The notes beneath the pieces were generated by a model that had not been told where the DNA came from, ran no database searches, and saw nothing but the letters and a program-made list of their open reading frames with translations. Below, piece after piece: positions 1 through 12,642 of a DNA stretch of 63,697 nucleotides; position 1 is the first letter of the stretch; the number at the start of each line of letters is the position of its first letter. The position numbers and the translations under genes were made by a program. This DNA is from Chara braunii (taxonomy: Eukaryota; Plantae; Charophyceae): assembly GCA_003427395.1 (NCBI GenBank), contig BFEA01000046.1, positions 719,499-783,195 of the forward strand, written 5' to 3'.

Positions 1-66
<66 letters not shown>
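1..66. repeat. (TC)n microsatellite
   Basis: Pure TC dinucleotide run. Confidence 0.95.
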
Positions 67-70
<4 letters not shown>

Positions 71-1735
71 GGATATAATCAACCCCCCCCCAAAAGAAAC
101 AAAATCCCGAAGTGCGTTTTCGGCACCGAAATCCCGAATGCGCGTCAGGATATACCCCCTCCCCCCCAAAAAAAATGACTAACTAAAATCCCGAAATCCC
201 GAAGTGCGTTTTCGGTACCAAAATCCCGAACGCGCGTCGGGATATAATCACCTTCCCACAAAAAAAACGACAAAATCCGAAATCCCGAACGCACGTCAGG
301 ATATAATCACCCTCCGCCAAAAAAACGACTAAGTAAAATCCTGAAATCCCGAAGTGCATTTTCGGCACCGAAATCCCGAACGCACGTCGGGTTATTATCC
401 CCCCCCGCCAAAAAAAAAACTAAGTAAAATCCCGAAATCCCGAAGTGCGTTTTCGGTACCGAAATCCCGAACACACGTCGGGATATATTCACCCCCCCAA
501 AAAAAAACGACTAAGTAAAATCCCGAAATCCCGAAGTGCGTTTTCGGTACCGAAATCTCGAACGCACGTCGGGATATAATCTCCCCCCCAAAAAAAAACA
601 ACCAAGTAAAATCCCGAAATCCCGAAGTGCGTTTTCGGTACCGAAATCCCAAAGGTACGTCGGGATATAATCCCCCCCCGCCAAAAAAAAAACTAAATAA
701 AATCCCAAAATCCCGAAGTGCATTTTCGATACGGAAATCCCAAACGCATGTCAGGATATAATCCCCCCCCGCCAAAAAAACAAATTAGTAAAATCCCAAA
801 ATCCCGAAGTGCATTTTTGGTACCAAAATCCCGAACGCACGTCGGGATATAATCCGCCCCCCCAAAAAAAACGCCTAAGTAAAATCCTGAAATCCCGAAG
901 TGCGTTTCGGTACCAAAATCCCGAACGCACGTCGAGATATAATCCCCCCCCGCCAAAAAAAACAACTAAGTGAAATCCCGAAGTGCGTTTTCGGTACCGA
1001 AATCGCGAGCGCACGTCGGGATATAATCCCCCCCCAAAAAAAGGATATAATCACCCCCCCCCCAAAAAACGACTAAGTAAAATTTTGAAATCCCGAAGTG
1101 TGTTTTCGGTACCGAAATCCCGAACGCACGTCGGGATATAATCACCCCCCCCTAAAAAAACGACTAAGTAAAATCCCGAAATCCCGAACTGTGTTTTCGG
1201 TACCGAAATCCCGAACGCACATCGGGATATAATCACCCCCCCCAAAAAAACTACTACGTAAAATTCCGAAATCCCGAAGTGCGTTTTCGGTACCGAAATC
1301 CCGAACACACGTCGGGATATAAGCCCCCCCCGCCAAAAAAAATCACCAAGTAAAATCCCGAAATCCCGAAGTGCGTTTTCGATACAAAAATCCCGAACGC
1401 ACGTCGGGATATAATCACCCCCCGCCAAAAAAAAAAAACTAAGTAAGATCCCGAAATCCCGAAGTGCGTTTTCGGTACCGAAATCCCGAACGCACGTCGG
1501 GATATAATCCCCCCCCGCCAAAAAAAAAAAACTAAGTAAGATCCCGAAATCCCGAAGTGCGTTTTCGGTACCGAAATCCCGAACGCACGTCGGGATATAA
1601 TCACCCCCCCTCCAAAAAAAAAACGACTAAGTAAAANCCCAAAATCCCGAAGTGCGTTTTCGGTACCGAAATCCCGAACGCACGTCAGGATATAATCCCC
1701 CCCCGCCAAAAAAACGACTAAGTAAAACCGGAAGT
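67..1735. repeat. Tandem array of ~91-bp units (~18 copies)
   Basis: Unit approx. TAAGTAAAATCCCGAAATCCCGAAGTGCGTTTTCGGTACCGAAATCCCGAACGCACGTCGGGATATAATC(C)n(A)n; equivalent positions at 421, 512 and 603. Confidence 0.95.
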
Positions 1736-1899
1736 GCAATTCTGAGATATTCGTGATTGCCCATAACTTGTAATTCTCTCAAAAATGGCACTTTGTTGCT
1801 CTCAAAATACGAACTCATAAATGAACATTTCCTCTTCGCCAAACGTTTTTAGCGATTTCGCCAACCCTTCGTAAATAAGCTTCGCTATCCAATTCGGCG

Positions 1900-2484
1900 T
1901 ATTTTCCGGGGTCCATTGGTCACGAGTGGCTGCTCCGTACCATAATCGCGTCTACTTCACTCGAGAGTCGAGACCGAGCTGCCTCGGAATAGCCGCAGTC
2001 TAGCACTCTGAGTACTAGCTGGCGGGCTACCACACATCCCCTCCGCCACTTACCTCTCACCCCCATTGCCAATACACGGCACGACAGAATCTCACATACA
2101 CTCATTACCAGAAACTCGTCTCCCCTTTTTCTTTTATAGGATCGCCTCCTGCCGCGACCCCTCCATTATAATCGACGAATTCAAACTCCAAGATTAATAA
2201 AATAAAATTAATTCGGATGGTTCATAAAAAAAAAGAGGGACTGAACTCAGACGATCAAGGCCCAAGCAGAGCTCAGCGCGCTACTGCCAACTACCAGTTT
2301 TCGTGAAGTGACGTAAAGCGGCTACAGGTCCGACCCATGAGTCCGATAACGGGATACCGAGGGGCACCCTCCTTTCTTCTAAACACGCCATCGGGCTAAC
2401 CTTAGCGGGTACCCGTGTCCGATGGCAAGGAGGGGGCTTATGACCTTCCGAGGGAGGTGATAAGCCTCCTACCAATGCGGCCGC
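1900..2484 (-). repeat. 3' LTR of G1, continuation after the solo-LTR insertion (truncated)
   Basis: 2170-2484 is nearly identical to 31141-31454; TATAAAAG on minus strand at 2131-2138. Left limit is uncertain. Confidence 0.8.
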
Positions 2485-3383
2485 TGTCGGAGGGCGTGGT
2501 GTTCCGGCCCTCCTCTGTGTACCAAGTCCCTGCATGGTACCGGTCTCTTGCTCTGGTATTGCAGCTAGTAGTGATCTCCATGGTCCTTAGAGTCCAGGTT
2601 GTACCCTACTGTGGACCGGTCCTGTCGGTGCATGCCCTTAGCAAAAGGGTGCGCCACAGGGCTTTCCATTGGTCCACGCAGGCTCGGCGCCCTGTTGTAC
2701 AGAAGAGCACAATCGGCCTGTGACCGTGGTAGCCGCCGGGTTCGGCCTAGGATGCGGAGGTGAGAAGACTGGCTCAGTTTTTTCAACTGCGCGCCAAGCA
2801 CCCCTGTACAGATTTATGGGTTAGGTGCATGAAAACAGGTTACTGTCGGAAGGGAAAGACTGAGCAGAGGGGTAGAAGGAGAATAAGAAAATAAAAACAA
2901 AAGAAAAGAAGGCAAAACGCCTGATCAGCACGAGGATCAAGACCGTTGCTTTAATCTGGAATAATCTGGCGACGGTTGCTTGCTGCGTCAACTGGGTTTT
3001 CTCTTTTCCTTTTACTATTGTTTTTGTTATTACAATTATTACTACTGATTTACCAGCTTTCAGGCGGGGATTTCCCTTTTCTTGAGTCCCGTCACTTTGT
3101 AGGGAGGCCAACGGTTCGGGCTTCGAGTTCGGGCGGTGGTATTGTGGCCTAGATAGGCCCAACCCTTCGTATATCACCTATATCGGGTCTGCGCATCTAA
3201 GCTCCACACAGTAGAACCCCTGTAGCTATATTAGATGGCAGATACAGTGGGGTCTGGAAAGGTGGGTGAAAAGGGATGAGGGCGAAAGTTGGGTTTTAGA
3301 TTCGTGCGAGGACTTGTACCGCTGTTCAGGCGGAGCTGCGGCGTGGAGGAAAATTTGAATCACCACTCTTTTCTTTTCTGTTA

Positions 3384-3384
<1 letters not shown>

Positions 3385-3449
<65 letters not shown>
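3385..3449. repeat. (TAT)n microsatellite in solo LTR
   Basis: Trinucleotide run. Confidence 0.9.
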
Positions 3450-3451
<2 letters not shown>

Positions 3452-3991
3452 TTACCGGCTTTTGGACGTGGCTTTCCCTTTCATCATCGGTCACTTCGCG
3501 GGAAAGCCAACGGTTCAAATGTCTGGCTGTGGTCCACGGCCTAAGTTGGTCGGCCCTAGGCGTCCCGTCTTTGGACGGGCTCAGATTGAGTGTCGAGCGT
3601 TAAAGCCCCAACAGAAGGGCGACCCACGGCCGCTTCGGTAGGAGGCTTATCACCCCTTTGTAGAGGGTCATAAGCCCCCTCCTTGCCATCGGACACGGGT
3701 ACCCGATGGGAGTAGTCAGAAGCTATATTTTAAAGGGGAAAATGCGATCGTCGGTTTCCCGTTATGGGACCACAGTGTCGAACCTGTTGCCATATCGCTA
3801 GGATCTGGGACTGTCAAGAGCGAGGCTGGTTCATGATCGACGGATTGGGTTTTAGGCATGTGTGTTTATTCTCAAAAAATTATTCGGTTTTAATTTATTG
3901 CTTTATTTTAAAAACTTTAAAATTCTTGAAATCCGGTAAGGTTGGAAAAGGACTAATCTGAGTCCTTCGTTTAGAACGCAGGGGTCAGGTC

Positions 3992-3999
3992 TATAAAAG
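3992..3999 (+). promoter_or_regulatory. Putative LTR TATA box
   Basis: CTATAAAAGGAAAAAGG; the same motif occurs at the equivalent position in the G1 3' LTR (CTATAAAAGAAAAAGG, minus strand 2131-2138). Confidence 0.6.
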
Positions 4000-4080
4000 G
4001 AAAAAGGAGTTGAGATATCACCCGCGGCCAGTAGCCTGGTGGTACACAGGCTTTACTACGAACCCTGGTAGAAGAGTAGC

Positions 4081-4620
4081 ATGCTATTGGAAGTTGGCGG
4101 TTTGTGTTGCGCTGTCTACCAGACGAGGGCTGGCTATTCCAAGTGGCTATGGCGTTGCGCGGCTATAGGCCTGGTTACTGGTATCACCAGGCCCGTTGGA
4201 AGCCCGTGTCCGGGGAAGGGCCCTGGATCACCGTTATACTCAACTACGACGGTGGAGAGGAAGTGCTACTGAAGATCAACGTGGAGGGAGCAAAAGAGGT
4301 GGAGATGCGGACCGATGGAAAGCTGCAAGACGCGATTACAAAGGCAAGAGACCGAGCGGAGAGACGCTGTAGGAGGGACGGCATGACGGCGAGACTACGA
4401 ATAACGGTGACTTACCAAGAGACAGAAACTTCCATGGACACAACGGACCTGGAACAGGTCTACTAGGACAGAGACTCGGGAGGGGAAAGTGAGATGAGTG
4501 ACGCAGATCGGGAGACGGACCTCAGGTCCTGGAACAGACCAGGCGAGATCCAGAGGCATCACCGAGCCACGAGGCCGGTGGAGGAGGGACCCGAGGCAAG
4601 CTCGCGACAACCGACACCCA
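4081..4620 (+). pseudogene. LTR-encoded ORF family Z, copy 1 (disrupted)
   Basis: KINVEGAKEVEMR...AITKARDRAERRCRRDGMT.RLRITVTY; homologous to 6500-6961 and 30711-31142. Boundaries approximate. Confidence 0.7.
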
Positions 4621-6499
4621 GGGGTCGAGGGACGGGTGAGAAGCAGGGCAAGGGGAAAAGACAGGCCTGAGAAAAAGACGGAGAGAGTCTGGTGAACGGG
4701 ACTGAACCCGAAACGGGAAAAAAAAGTGCAGTAGCACAGGCACACGTGCGACAGGTGGTGTGGCCTGGAGAGCGAGAAGGCGGTCGGCGAGAGGGGGGAC
4801 TGTGTAGACGGATGGTGGTGATGTGTGAGTCGCTTGAACTGGGAGGACGTGCGCTAATGAGTGACAGTTATGCAGAGAATGTGTAGGCGGGCACGAGAAG
4901 GGGGTGCCAGGGGTCAATAACGAGAGGAGAGGTAAGTGCAGTTACTGAGAGACACACGCTATACGTGGCAAGGCTCTGGAGAGCGGGGAGAGAAGTAAAC
5001 GTATGCAGGCGAGACGCTGAGAGGGACGCAAGAACCTGAGAATTTGTTGTTGACATCAAGCGCCATCGTGTCTGTGTGACACTCTAGCCTACTGAGTGAC
5101 TATGAGTGACTATAAGCGCCATCAGACGCTAAGTGTGAGCTACACGCATGTGCACCTCTCTAGCAATAATGCCATTGCGGGCGGTCAGTGACAAATGCTC
5201 TCTGATGAGACGTGACACGGTCAAGAGTTAGTTGGAAGGAAGACTTGACGCCTGTTGGAGGGGGGGACGCGTTGTACGACCTGCGCACGATGTGGTGATG
5301 ACAACGAGAGCGACAGGGGAGTCAATCGGGGAGAAAGCCTTGGTCTTACGGGGAATACAAGCCAGGCAAGCATAGTTAACTTCAATCGTCACCTACTCGA
5401 TGTGTGTTCGCCTGCTAAGCGCTATGCGCTACTTCCAACTCGTCAAATACGGTGGTGAGTGAACTCGCAGCAGTGAGCGAGACCGAAGAGTGACACATAA
5501 TCAGCACGGGTTTTGCAATGTGGGAAAGTGGATTGAGACTTGATAGCTGAAGTTAACCTTCGCTACCTTCACTCTGGGTTGCAGTTGACGTCACCTGCTC
5601 CGGAGTGGGATAAGCTGTTTTGTCTATGGTTCTTTACTCTGCGTTAACTTCACGCCGTAGTTTAGTCACAATCCCCCTCTCTTTGGTGAGGCCTGTGTGG
5701 GCGAGATATCGAGTTGTTCCTAGCAGTGGTTGCAGATGAGTTGGGTGATCACTAGTTGTATTAAGAGTCACCCTTACTTAAAGGAATTGGGAATAAGCTG
5801 GTATGCCCAAGCACTATACGGGTCTGAAACGCTCAGTATGGAGGCCTGACAAGTAAGTTCGAGCCTCTTCCATGAGTTAATTTTATAATGCAAGTAAGCG
5901 GTTATTCCCCCGATCGTTGTTTGATGAAGCTGGTAACTGTGAAGATTGTTGTAAAAAATTTGTGGTTCTAATTTTTTTCTTCAGCCGTCTTGGAAATTGG
6001 TTGCTGAAGTTGAATGATGTCATAGGGGGAGAAAAAGAGTAACCGAGGGAGTCGTACGATTTAACTGTGAAACCAACTCTGCTCAATTGTGATCCCTCGA
6101 ACTCTGTTTCTCTTTCCGCTCAATTGATTGATGGGAAAGAGGCGATCAGTGATTCGAGAGATAGCCTACCTGTTAGTTAAGTACTTACTCGACGGGGATT
6201 AATCTATGAGCTCATCTATGTTAAGCTTGCTACTGTGAAGGGTTTTAACCGGGGAAAGTCACTAAAGTTTTCTTTGTGACTTTAAGCACAGGCTGTATTT
6301 GGGATTTCTACTGCGAGAGGGAAGGAAGGGTGATGCTCCAGTTACTATAGCTTAAAGATGTTTTTTGTCCTTATTCCATCGGAGATCTTAGCAGATCTCT
6401 ATTTTGTGAACGCTGCAGCAAGACCTGTCAGTCTGGATGGCTCCTTGGTCCTTGTTGTATTTGACCCTGCGATCAAAGTGGGGGGGGGGGGAAAGAAAG

Positions 6500-6961
6500 T
6501 GATGGAGAACGCGAAGAAGGGGCCATGGTGGATGCCTGTCTGAGTTACATCAAGAGTGACAGGCAGGCTAGACTAAAGATTAATGTCTAGGGGGGAAAGG
6601 AGCAGGAGATGGGGGGGGTGTGAAGGTCCAGGGTGTGATTACGGAGGCTCGTAACCGGGCTGAGCGGAGATTCAGAAGGGATGGAGTGACGACGAGTCTA
6701 AAGGTAACGGTTACTTACCACGAAGAGGAGACCTCCACGAGCACCACGGAGAGGGAACGGCAGGAGTTGGATCGGGACTCTGATAAAGAGTATGAAGCCA
6801 GTGAGGACCTGACCCTGTCTTGGCATGGGCTGGAACAGTGGCGGAGAGAGCACCCGCCAGCTGAGTCCGTAGAGGATGGCCCGGAGGCCAGTTCGGGGTC
6901 GTCCGTGAGAGAGAGGACAAGGAACGGAGAGGCAGGACCTTCAGGCGCGCGACTCCCGTAG
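6500..6961 (+). pseudogene. LTR-encoded ORF family Z, copy 2 (disrupted)
   Basis: VITEARNRAERRFRRDGVTTSLKVTVTY...LSWHGLEQWRREHPPAESVE. Confidence 0.7.
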
Positions 6962-7005
6962 AACCCGAGTACGAGGCAGTTACATATACTCAGGCTACAC
7001 GTGGC

Positions 7006-7007
<2 letters not shown>

Positions 7008-7050
<43 letters not shown>
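7008..7050. repeat. (GA)n microsatellite
   Basis: Dinucleotide run. Confidence 0.9.
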
Positions 7051-7052
<2 letters not shown>

Positions 7053-9979
7053 CAGAGGGCAACGGTGGGGTTCAGCGTGCTAATGTCAACTTTGACTTCA
7101 GCATGCGGGAGGAAAAGGAGAGGGAACATGCGTGCATAGACGGCACCGAGGGACGCGTGTAGTGCAGGGGGTGCGCAGCAGAGTGAAAAGGAGGCAACGA
7201 AACGGGAGACCTGGCGGATGAGCGGGATATGAGCTTGCGCAGCGCTGCTAATCTCAACTGTTGCCTTCAAGTTCTCGTGTGGTGTTTATTGTCTGCTAAA
7301 CCACGGAGGGTTCTTCTCGCATCATAGCAGGAGATCGAAGTTAAAGCATGGAAAGGAGAAATCAAATTGATGCGCCTGCACCTCTCTATCTCGAGAGTCT
7401 CAGTGTGGCGTATTGTTCTGATGGAGAAGTCTCCTCTCCCTTTTGTTTGAACGTAGGCTAGAAGTGAGTATAGGTTTCAAGAGTGACACCTGAAATTGTA
7501 TGATCATTGCGTAACTATATAATTAGTACAAAGTGTGTTCCAGCCTGAAAACCTCCCTGAATGCAATCACTGTCTGAATCATTTCAAAACTGGGGTTGCT
7601 TGATTTCCCTTTTACAACTCCTGAGCAATATTTCCCTCAACGTGCCATACGGAACGAAAGAGAAGACGTTATTTGGTCCTAATCAGGGGCGTGTAGGAAC
7701 AGATTACCAGTGCTCATAGTTGATGAGTCGTCCTAAGTGAGAGTTAAGCTCACTCCTGACTAAGGGAAAAAGGAAGCGGGGAAAGTTTCTTACGTTTAGT
7801 GCTCTATTATGTGCACGCAGCTATAACTCCAAATATATTCCTACTCTACGTGCTCAGAATCATGAGTCCGATGGTGACTTGGTTGTACTCAAGATTACGA
7901 TAAGTACAAGCAGAGGCAGCAATCAACTTAATGAGTCTGAGTAAAGACAGGTCTCGTGTCAAGAGTTGTATGAATTTGAACCAGAGTCAAATCAGACTCT
8001 GAGCTCAAAGTCGGGTCAGAATCTGATTTAAGAACCATGCTTGAGCAGTGAAGGGAACCGTAGTTGTCTCAAGTTAGGAATCACTGTGCTCAGCGCTGGT
8101 GAACTATACTAAGGGTTGAGCCTCGTGAGTGAGAAGGACACTCGTACTTGCGGTACACAGTACCCAGTCTGATTTGAGAGTTGAGTACCTACAACCTATG
8201 CCGGACCAGAACCCGTTTGTAGTCTGAGTAGTTCCGAACCCAGGGTGTAATGAGCATGGTCTTGCGGGGTACCTGCACGAAGCTCGTATGACAACTATAT
8301 GCTATTCGGTATTAACCATGCAGTTTAGCTCGTCTGCGAAGGGAAAGCCAAAGTGCCAGCTGTGTGGGTCACCTCATGTCTACAAAGAAGTTGGGAGGCA
8401 GTAAAAGTGAGGCTCCCCATTAAAAGTAAACCACGATCTTGTAATAAGTTACAGGTTTTGGGGGATTGAGAACAGTTTGAATCATGCCTTCGTTTTGAGA
8501 CAAGCAGACAGCCTGACATCATGCAGTGAGGGAAGTCAAAAAAAAAAAGCATGTTACTGAGAGCCCACACCACTCTGAAAGCTGAGCTCGACAGAACTGT
8601 CCTCGACCTACCCTGCTCGTTGCCTGGTCCCTAGTGAGAGAATAGGAGACAAGAGAGAACATTGGGTTCTAGTAGTGGAGGGTAGCTCTGTGAAAGACAA
8701 GGGAGAGGGGTGAATGGGAAAAGCTTACATGAGTATTGAACCTCGCTTCCTAACACGTGTTGAAAAGAGGACGGAAGGGAAAGATCATATTGAAAGCGCG
8801 AATTATTTTTGTGTTCGCAATAATAAAATTGCACAGTCACAGTTCGCCTCTGGAGACTGCTGAACTGATCCGATCAGGGCCCAAGCACGGTAAACACCCA
8901 GGTTCCTCCTCCACTGACTACCTGTGTTTTTTTTGTCAAAGAGAGACCCACTTCGTTGTCTACAGGTCATTCTGAAAGACCAGATCAGCATCAACTCCGA
9001 CATTTGAACCATAGGTACCCGTTATCGGTCTGCGATCATTCCTACCACAAAAGGGCAGTGTAGATCAACTACCTTGTGGCACAACATCCGGAACGAGTTT
9101 TTCAAACAAGTGCTTTGATAGTCTTCGGTCAGCGTCCAGCCAACGCTTTGGCTGTATCAAATTGTAGCCAAAAAGCACTCCAAACAGCGAGCAAGCAACA
9201 GTCAGATAGTTATCAGGCATCATCCGGTTGGCACTTACACTACTTTATATCTGTGGTTTTCCACTTAGTTGAGACTCACTGCTATGAGATCTAAGTGTAA
9301 GAGAAGGGACATGAAGGATGGAAAGATCCTGGTGGTGAAGAGCACACTAATCAGGGATAAGAGAGAGGGATGAGAGGAAGAAGCATGTAAAGACACGGAA
9401 AGACACAGATTAACTCAGAGAGAATTCGCAGTCAGGACGGCGGGGGAGCGAAAATATATCGAATATGTGATTTATTTCCACGGACATGACGGGAGGCTAC
9501 ACAGTACTGGTTCAAGTTCTGAAACTGTTGAACAGGCTAGGACTAAGCTCGTGTGAGCCAGCAGTGCTCAAGGCAACCCCGGAAAAGTCACCAGTAATTA
9601 AACAATAACAGATTGCAGTCTTCTCTTGCACCAGTACGGTATGTGGCTCCACTGCTCAGTGACCCAATGTGTCCAACGACTACACAGACAACTCTTCAGA
9701 TAGCCCTTCAGACAATCAAATAGCCAATTAGTTTCCTAATCAACAGCCACAATTTTCTGACCAACAATTTTTCAATTCGTAAACAGCTACCAGACCAGTA
9801 TTCAGACCAAGCAATCAGACCAGCAAGCAACCGGAGAAGCAATCAGACCTAGCAACCAGATTAGTAAGTAATCAGAAAAACAAACAGATCAGCAATTCGG
9901 CAAGTAATCTAGCAGTTAGTTCAACATCTAAGTTAGCAAGTAAACCAGAGATAACCAGCAGGTATCAGGCATCTTTGTC

Positions 9980-10561
9980 ATGAGTACAGTGCAATCTATT
10001 CCAGTCAGTGAGACAGTGCTGACTAATCTCAACCGGATCTCGTGCAAGGAGGCTTTCCATTATCGTTATGTCAGCGCCATTGGCTTCAGACAGGGAGACT
10101 TGTCAATCTTCATTGTCCAGACCAGTTTTGCTGACGGTACTATCCATGACCTGAGGCGATACCTGAAGAAGGGCAAGGAGGCTCATGATCATTTCGATCC
10201 AATCTGGATCTCAGCCACTAAATACCTCGAGCAGAGAGAGAGGGAGCTCGATGAAAATGGCACTACGCTGATCCGCAACTTTGGGCCAAAGCTTTACACT
10301 GACTATCTCAGGCCTCCTGGTCCTTCCCCCCTTACAGATGGCACGAGTTGGTTTGATATGATCTGCTTGGCAAAGAGGTATATCTCTCCAGCAGTGATCG
10401 ACATTGAGGCACTGACTGAGCCCACCGAGTATCCTTACCTCAGACGAGAAGTCTTTTCAGTGGACGGACTGCCTACATTGTGGGAGGAGTTTTGCTCCAT
10501 GGTTAACTTCCGTGTCATGTACCTCGGATGGTCATGCTCAGAGCTTGCTGGCTTCAGATGA
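9980..10561 (+). CDS. LTR-encoded hypothetical protein, domain-X family (193 aa)
   Basis: ATG-initiated open frame near the 3' end of the solo LTR. Codon-aligned homolog at ~25300-25949 (-): MSTVQSIPVSE vs MSTVQSFPVSE, LIRNFGPKLYTD vs LIRNFGPKFYTD. Confidence 0.7.
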   Translation: MSTVQSIPVSETVLTNLNRISCKEAFHYRYVSAIGFRQGDLSIFIVQTSFADGTIHDLRRYLKKGKEAHDHFDPIWISATKYLEQRERELDENGTTLIRNFGPKLYTDYLRPPGPSPLTDGTSWFDMICLAKRYISPAVIDIEALTEPTEYPYLRREVFSVDGLPTLWEEFCSMVNFRVMYLGWSCSELAGFR

Positions 10562-11124
10562 CTCTTTGTCACGAGGCCTCAATTTCAGATTGTATGTGGG
10601 CTTGGGTCACAGCACCAGAGATTAACAATGAAAAGAGAAATTGAGAGAAACTGACCAGAGGAATGAATGAGGACTCTTGAGAGGTGTTGACCATGCTTGT
10701 TTATGTGTACTTTCTGATATTATTATAAGTTCTCATTCATCCTTCATTCATTTAATTTTGTCTTTGCTCAAGTCAGTCGGTCTTGCTTCTTGCTTTGCTC
10801 TTGCCTGATGATTGCTATCATGGATGATTCTGTCACAGTTCTCAAAATCGGATTGACATAATTGATGCATGCATATCACCCCATAATTTTATGGTTATTA
10901 TTTTTATAATTCTCTGCTGTTTCGAATCAAAATAAAAGATTCCTAAGACCGGGGACTCGCGAAGACCGCAATTGAAGGGTCTCGCTCGAAGCTGGACGCA
11001 CACAACAGAAAGGGATTTGCATTATTTTATTTATTTTATTTATTGCAATCATACAAAGAATCTTGCGTGACAGCCTATTGGCTTTCCGGTCGCCTGAAGC
11101 GGTCCGACTGAAAAAAGTGCGACA

Positions 11125-11876
11125 CCGCGGGCTGCCCCTCTTTTGGGGTTCCACCACGCGCCGCCCAGTCGAACAGGTCAGACCCCAGAATGATAAGTAA
11201 AGAGTCGGTCAGTCTAGACCACCAAGCTGCGCTCGGGGTTCGAAAATGAACCGTTAGCTACTCGCAGAACGACAAGAGGGGAAAATGAGTAAAGGAATCA
11301 GTAATAATAATAATAATAACAACAAAATAAGATAAGAAAAGAAATCATAACGCCGCCTCGGCCAGAGGTCACTAGATCGTCCCAAACAGAAGTGAGGGTC
11401 CAGATCTGTACGTAGATCTGACACTTGACTTCCTTTTTCTTTTTATCCCCATTTTCTTTTATTTTCCTTTCTTTCTTTCTTTACCCCTTTTCCATTCGAC
11501 TGTAAGAGCGGGTCAATGTACTTAACCCATAACCTGACAGAGGGGCACTCGGCGCGTAGTAGAAAAGACCACGCCGGTCTCTCTACTCTCGCGTCTCTGG
11601 GCGAGCCCGGCGGCTACCACGGCTACAGGCCGGTAGTGCTTTGCTGTACAGCAGGACGCCGAGTCTGCGTGGACCAAAGGAAAGTCCAGTGGCGCACCCC
11701 TTTTGTTGGGGAGGGCACCAACTGGACTTGTTCATAGTAGGGTACTATTCAGGTACACCAGGAGCGTCGCGTAGGCTTCGGGAGCAACCCAACGAGCCCC
11801 TGACGTTGAGCGAAAAGCAGTTACTGAGTAGGAATTTGGCACACAGAGGAGGGTCGGGACACCGCGCCCTCTTACA
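11125..11876 (-). repeat. 3' LTR of G1, first part
   Basis: Minus strand starts TGTAAGAGGGCGCGG; roughly 90% identical by eye to 31451-32204. Confidence 0.88.
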
Positions 11877-12279
11877 TAATACCAAACCCCCACCCAGCGT
11901 CCCCGCTGGGTCGAAACGCGTTCACAGTCGGTATAAAATAGCATGTACGGGCGGTACATTCATTCTTTTTCATTGCGACTCGTAGTGAAGTTTGTGTTAC
12001 AGTTTTTGCAGTAACTGACGTCCCATGTTTTCTTAGCGCTTCGCGTTTTCCTTCTTGCTGCTCGTAGCAATCCCATGCGATCCGCGCAAGTATTTTTCTC
12101 CTCCCTTCTTTTGCGGTTCGCTATTTTGATTTTCTGATCTACCCCACCACAGTAATTTTTCACTTCTCCTTAATAGCTAGTCCTCTTTTGTCCTAGCAAT
12201 ATCTTTCTTAGTCTCGATCCTTAGTACAACAACTTTCCATCTTTCTCGTTTTCTTCTCAGCCACCATCTCGTTCTCACA

Positions 12280-12642
12280 ATGCCTGAAGCACGTAGGGGA
12301 CAGGGAAGAGGGAGAGGTGGTAGAGGAGGGAAGGCGCGTGAAGAGCCGCCAGCTCGCGCACGGCGTGAATATAGTTTAGAGGAAGAGGAAGATGAGCCAA
12401 GGGGCTATGGCGCACACTCGAGGCCTTACCCCCGCCACTTACTGCCAGCGTGGTACGAAAGAACTCCATCCCCGAACAGGATGGAGTACTTTCAAAAGAA
12501 GTTCGAGGTGCGCTACGGCGCACCCAGCACTTCTTCCCCTCCATATACTCCCAGGGCCCCTACCTCTCCCACAGTAAGTAGAGCCCTAGTACCTGTTCCC
12601 CCACTTTGTCCCTTGTACTGCCCCCTTTTCTTCTCATGCTAG
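12280..12642 (+). CDS. Putative antisense ORF in the G1 3' region (RG-rich N-terminus, acidic tract)
   Basis: ATG ORF MPEARRGQGRGRGGRGG...EEEEDE..., ~400 bp from the 3' LTR start, opposite to gag-pol. Confidence 0.4.
   Translation: MPEARRGQGRGRGGRGGKAREEPPARARREYSLEEEEDEPRGYGAHSRPYPRHLLPAWYERTPSPNRMEYFQKKFEVRYGAPSTSSPPYTPRAPTSPTVSRALVPVPPLCPLYCPLFFSC

Larger units (their letters stand above)
2485..11124 (+). mobile_element. 8640-bp solo LTR of a G1-related family, inserted in opposite orientation in the G1 3' LTR
   Basis: TGTCG...CGACA termini. Exact CCGC duplication (2481-2484, 11125-11128) relative to the empty site GCGG-CCGC-GGGCTG at 31447-31460. Collinear with 24806-32204 at both ends and at internal ORFs; no gag/pol motifs seen. 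Confidence 0.87.

Noticed and set aside
67-1735. CRISPR-like array or repeat-protein ORFs
   Set aside because: Head-to-tail units with no unique spacers and no cas genes; the ORFs are translations of the satellite.
3289-3641. Poly-Tyr and poly-Leu ORFs
   Set aside because: Translations of the (TAT)n microsatellite.
2170-3960. TIR element formed by the inverted modules at 2170-2484 and ~3630-3960
   Set aside because: Explained by a related LTR inserted in opposite orientation into the 3' LTR.
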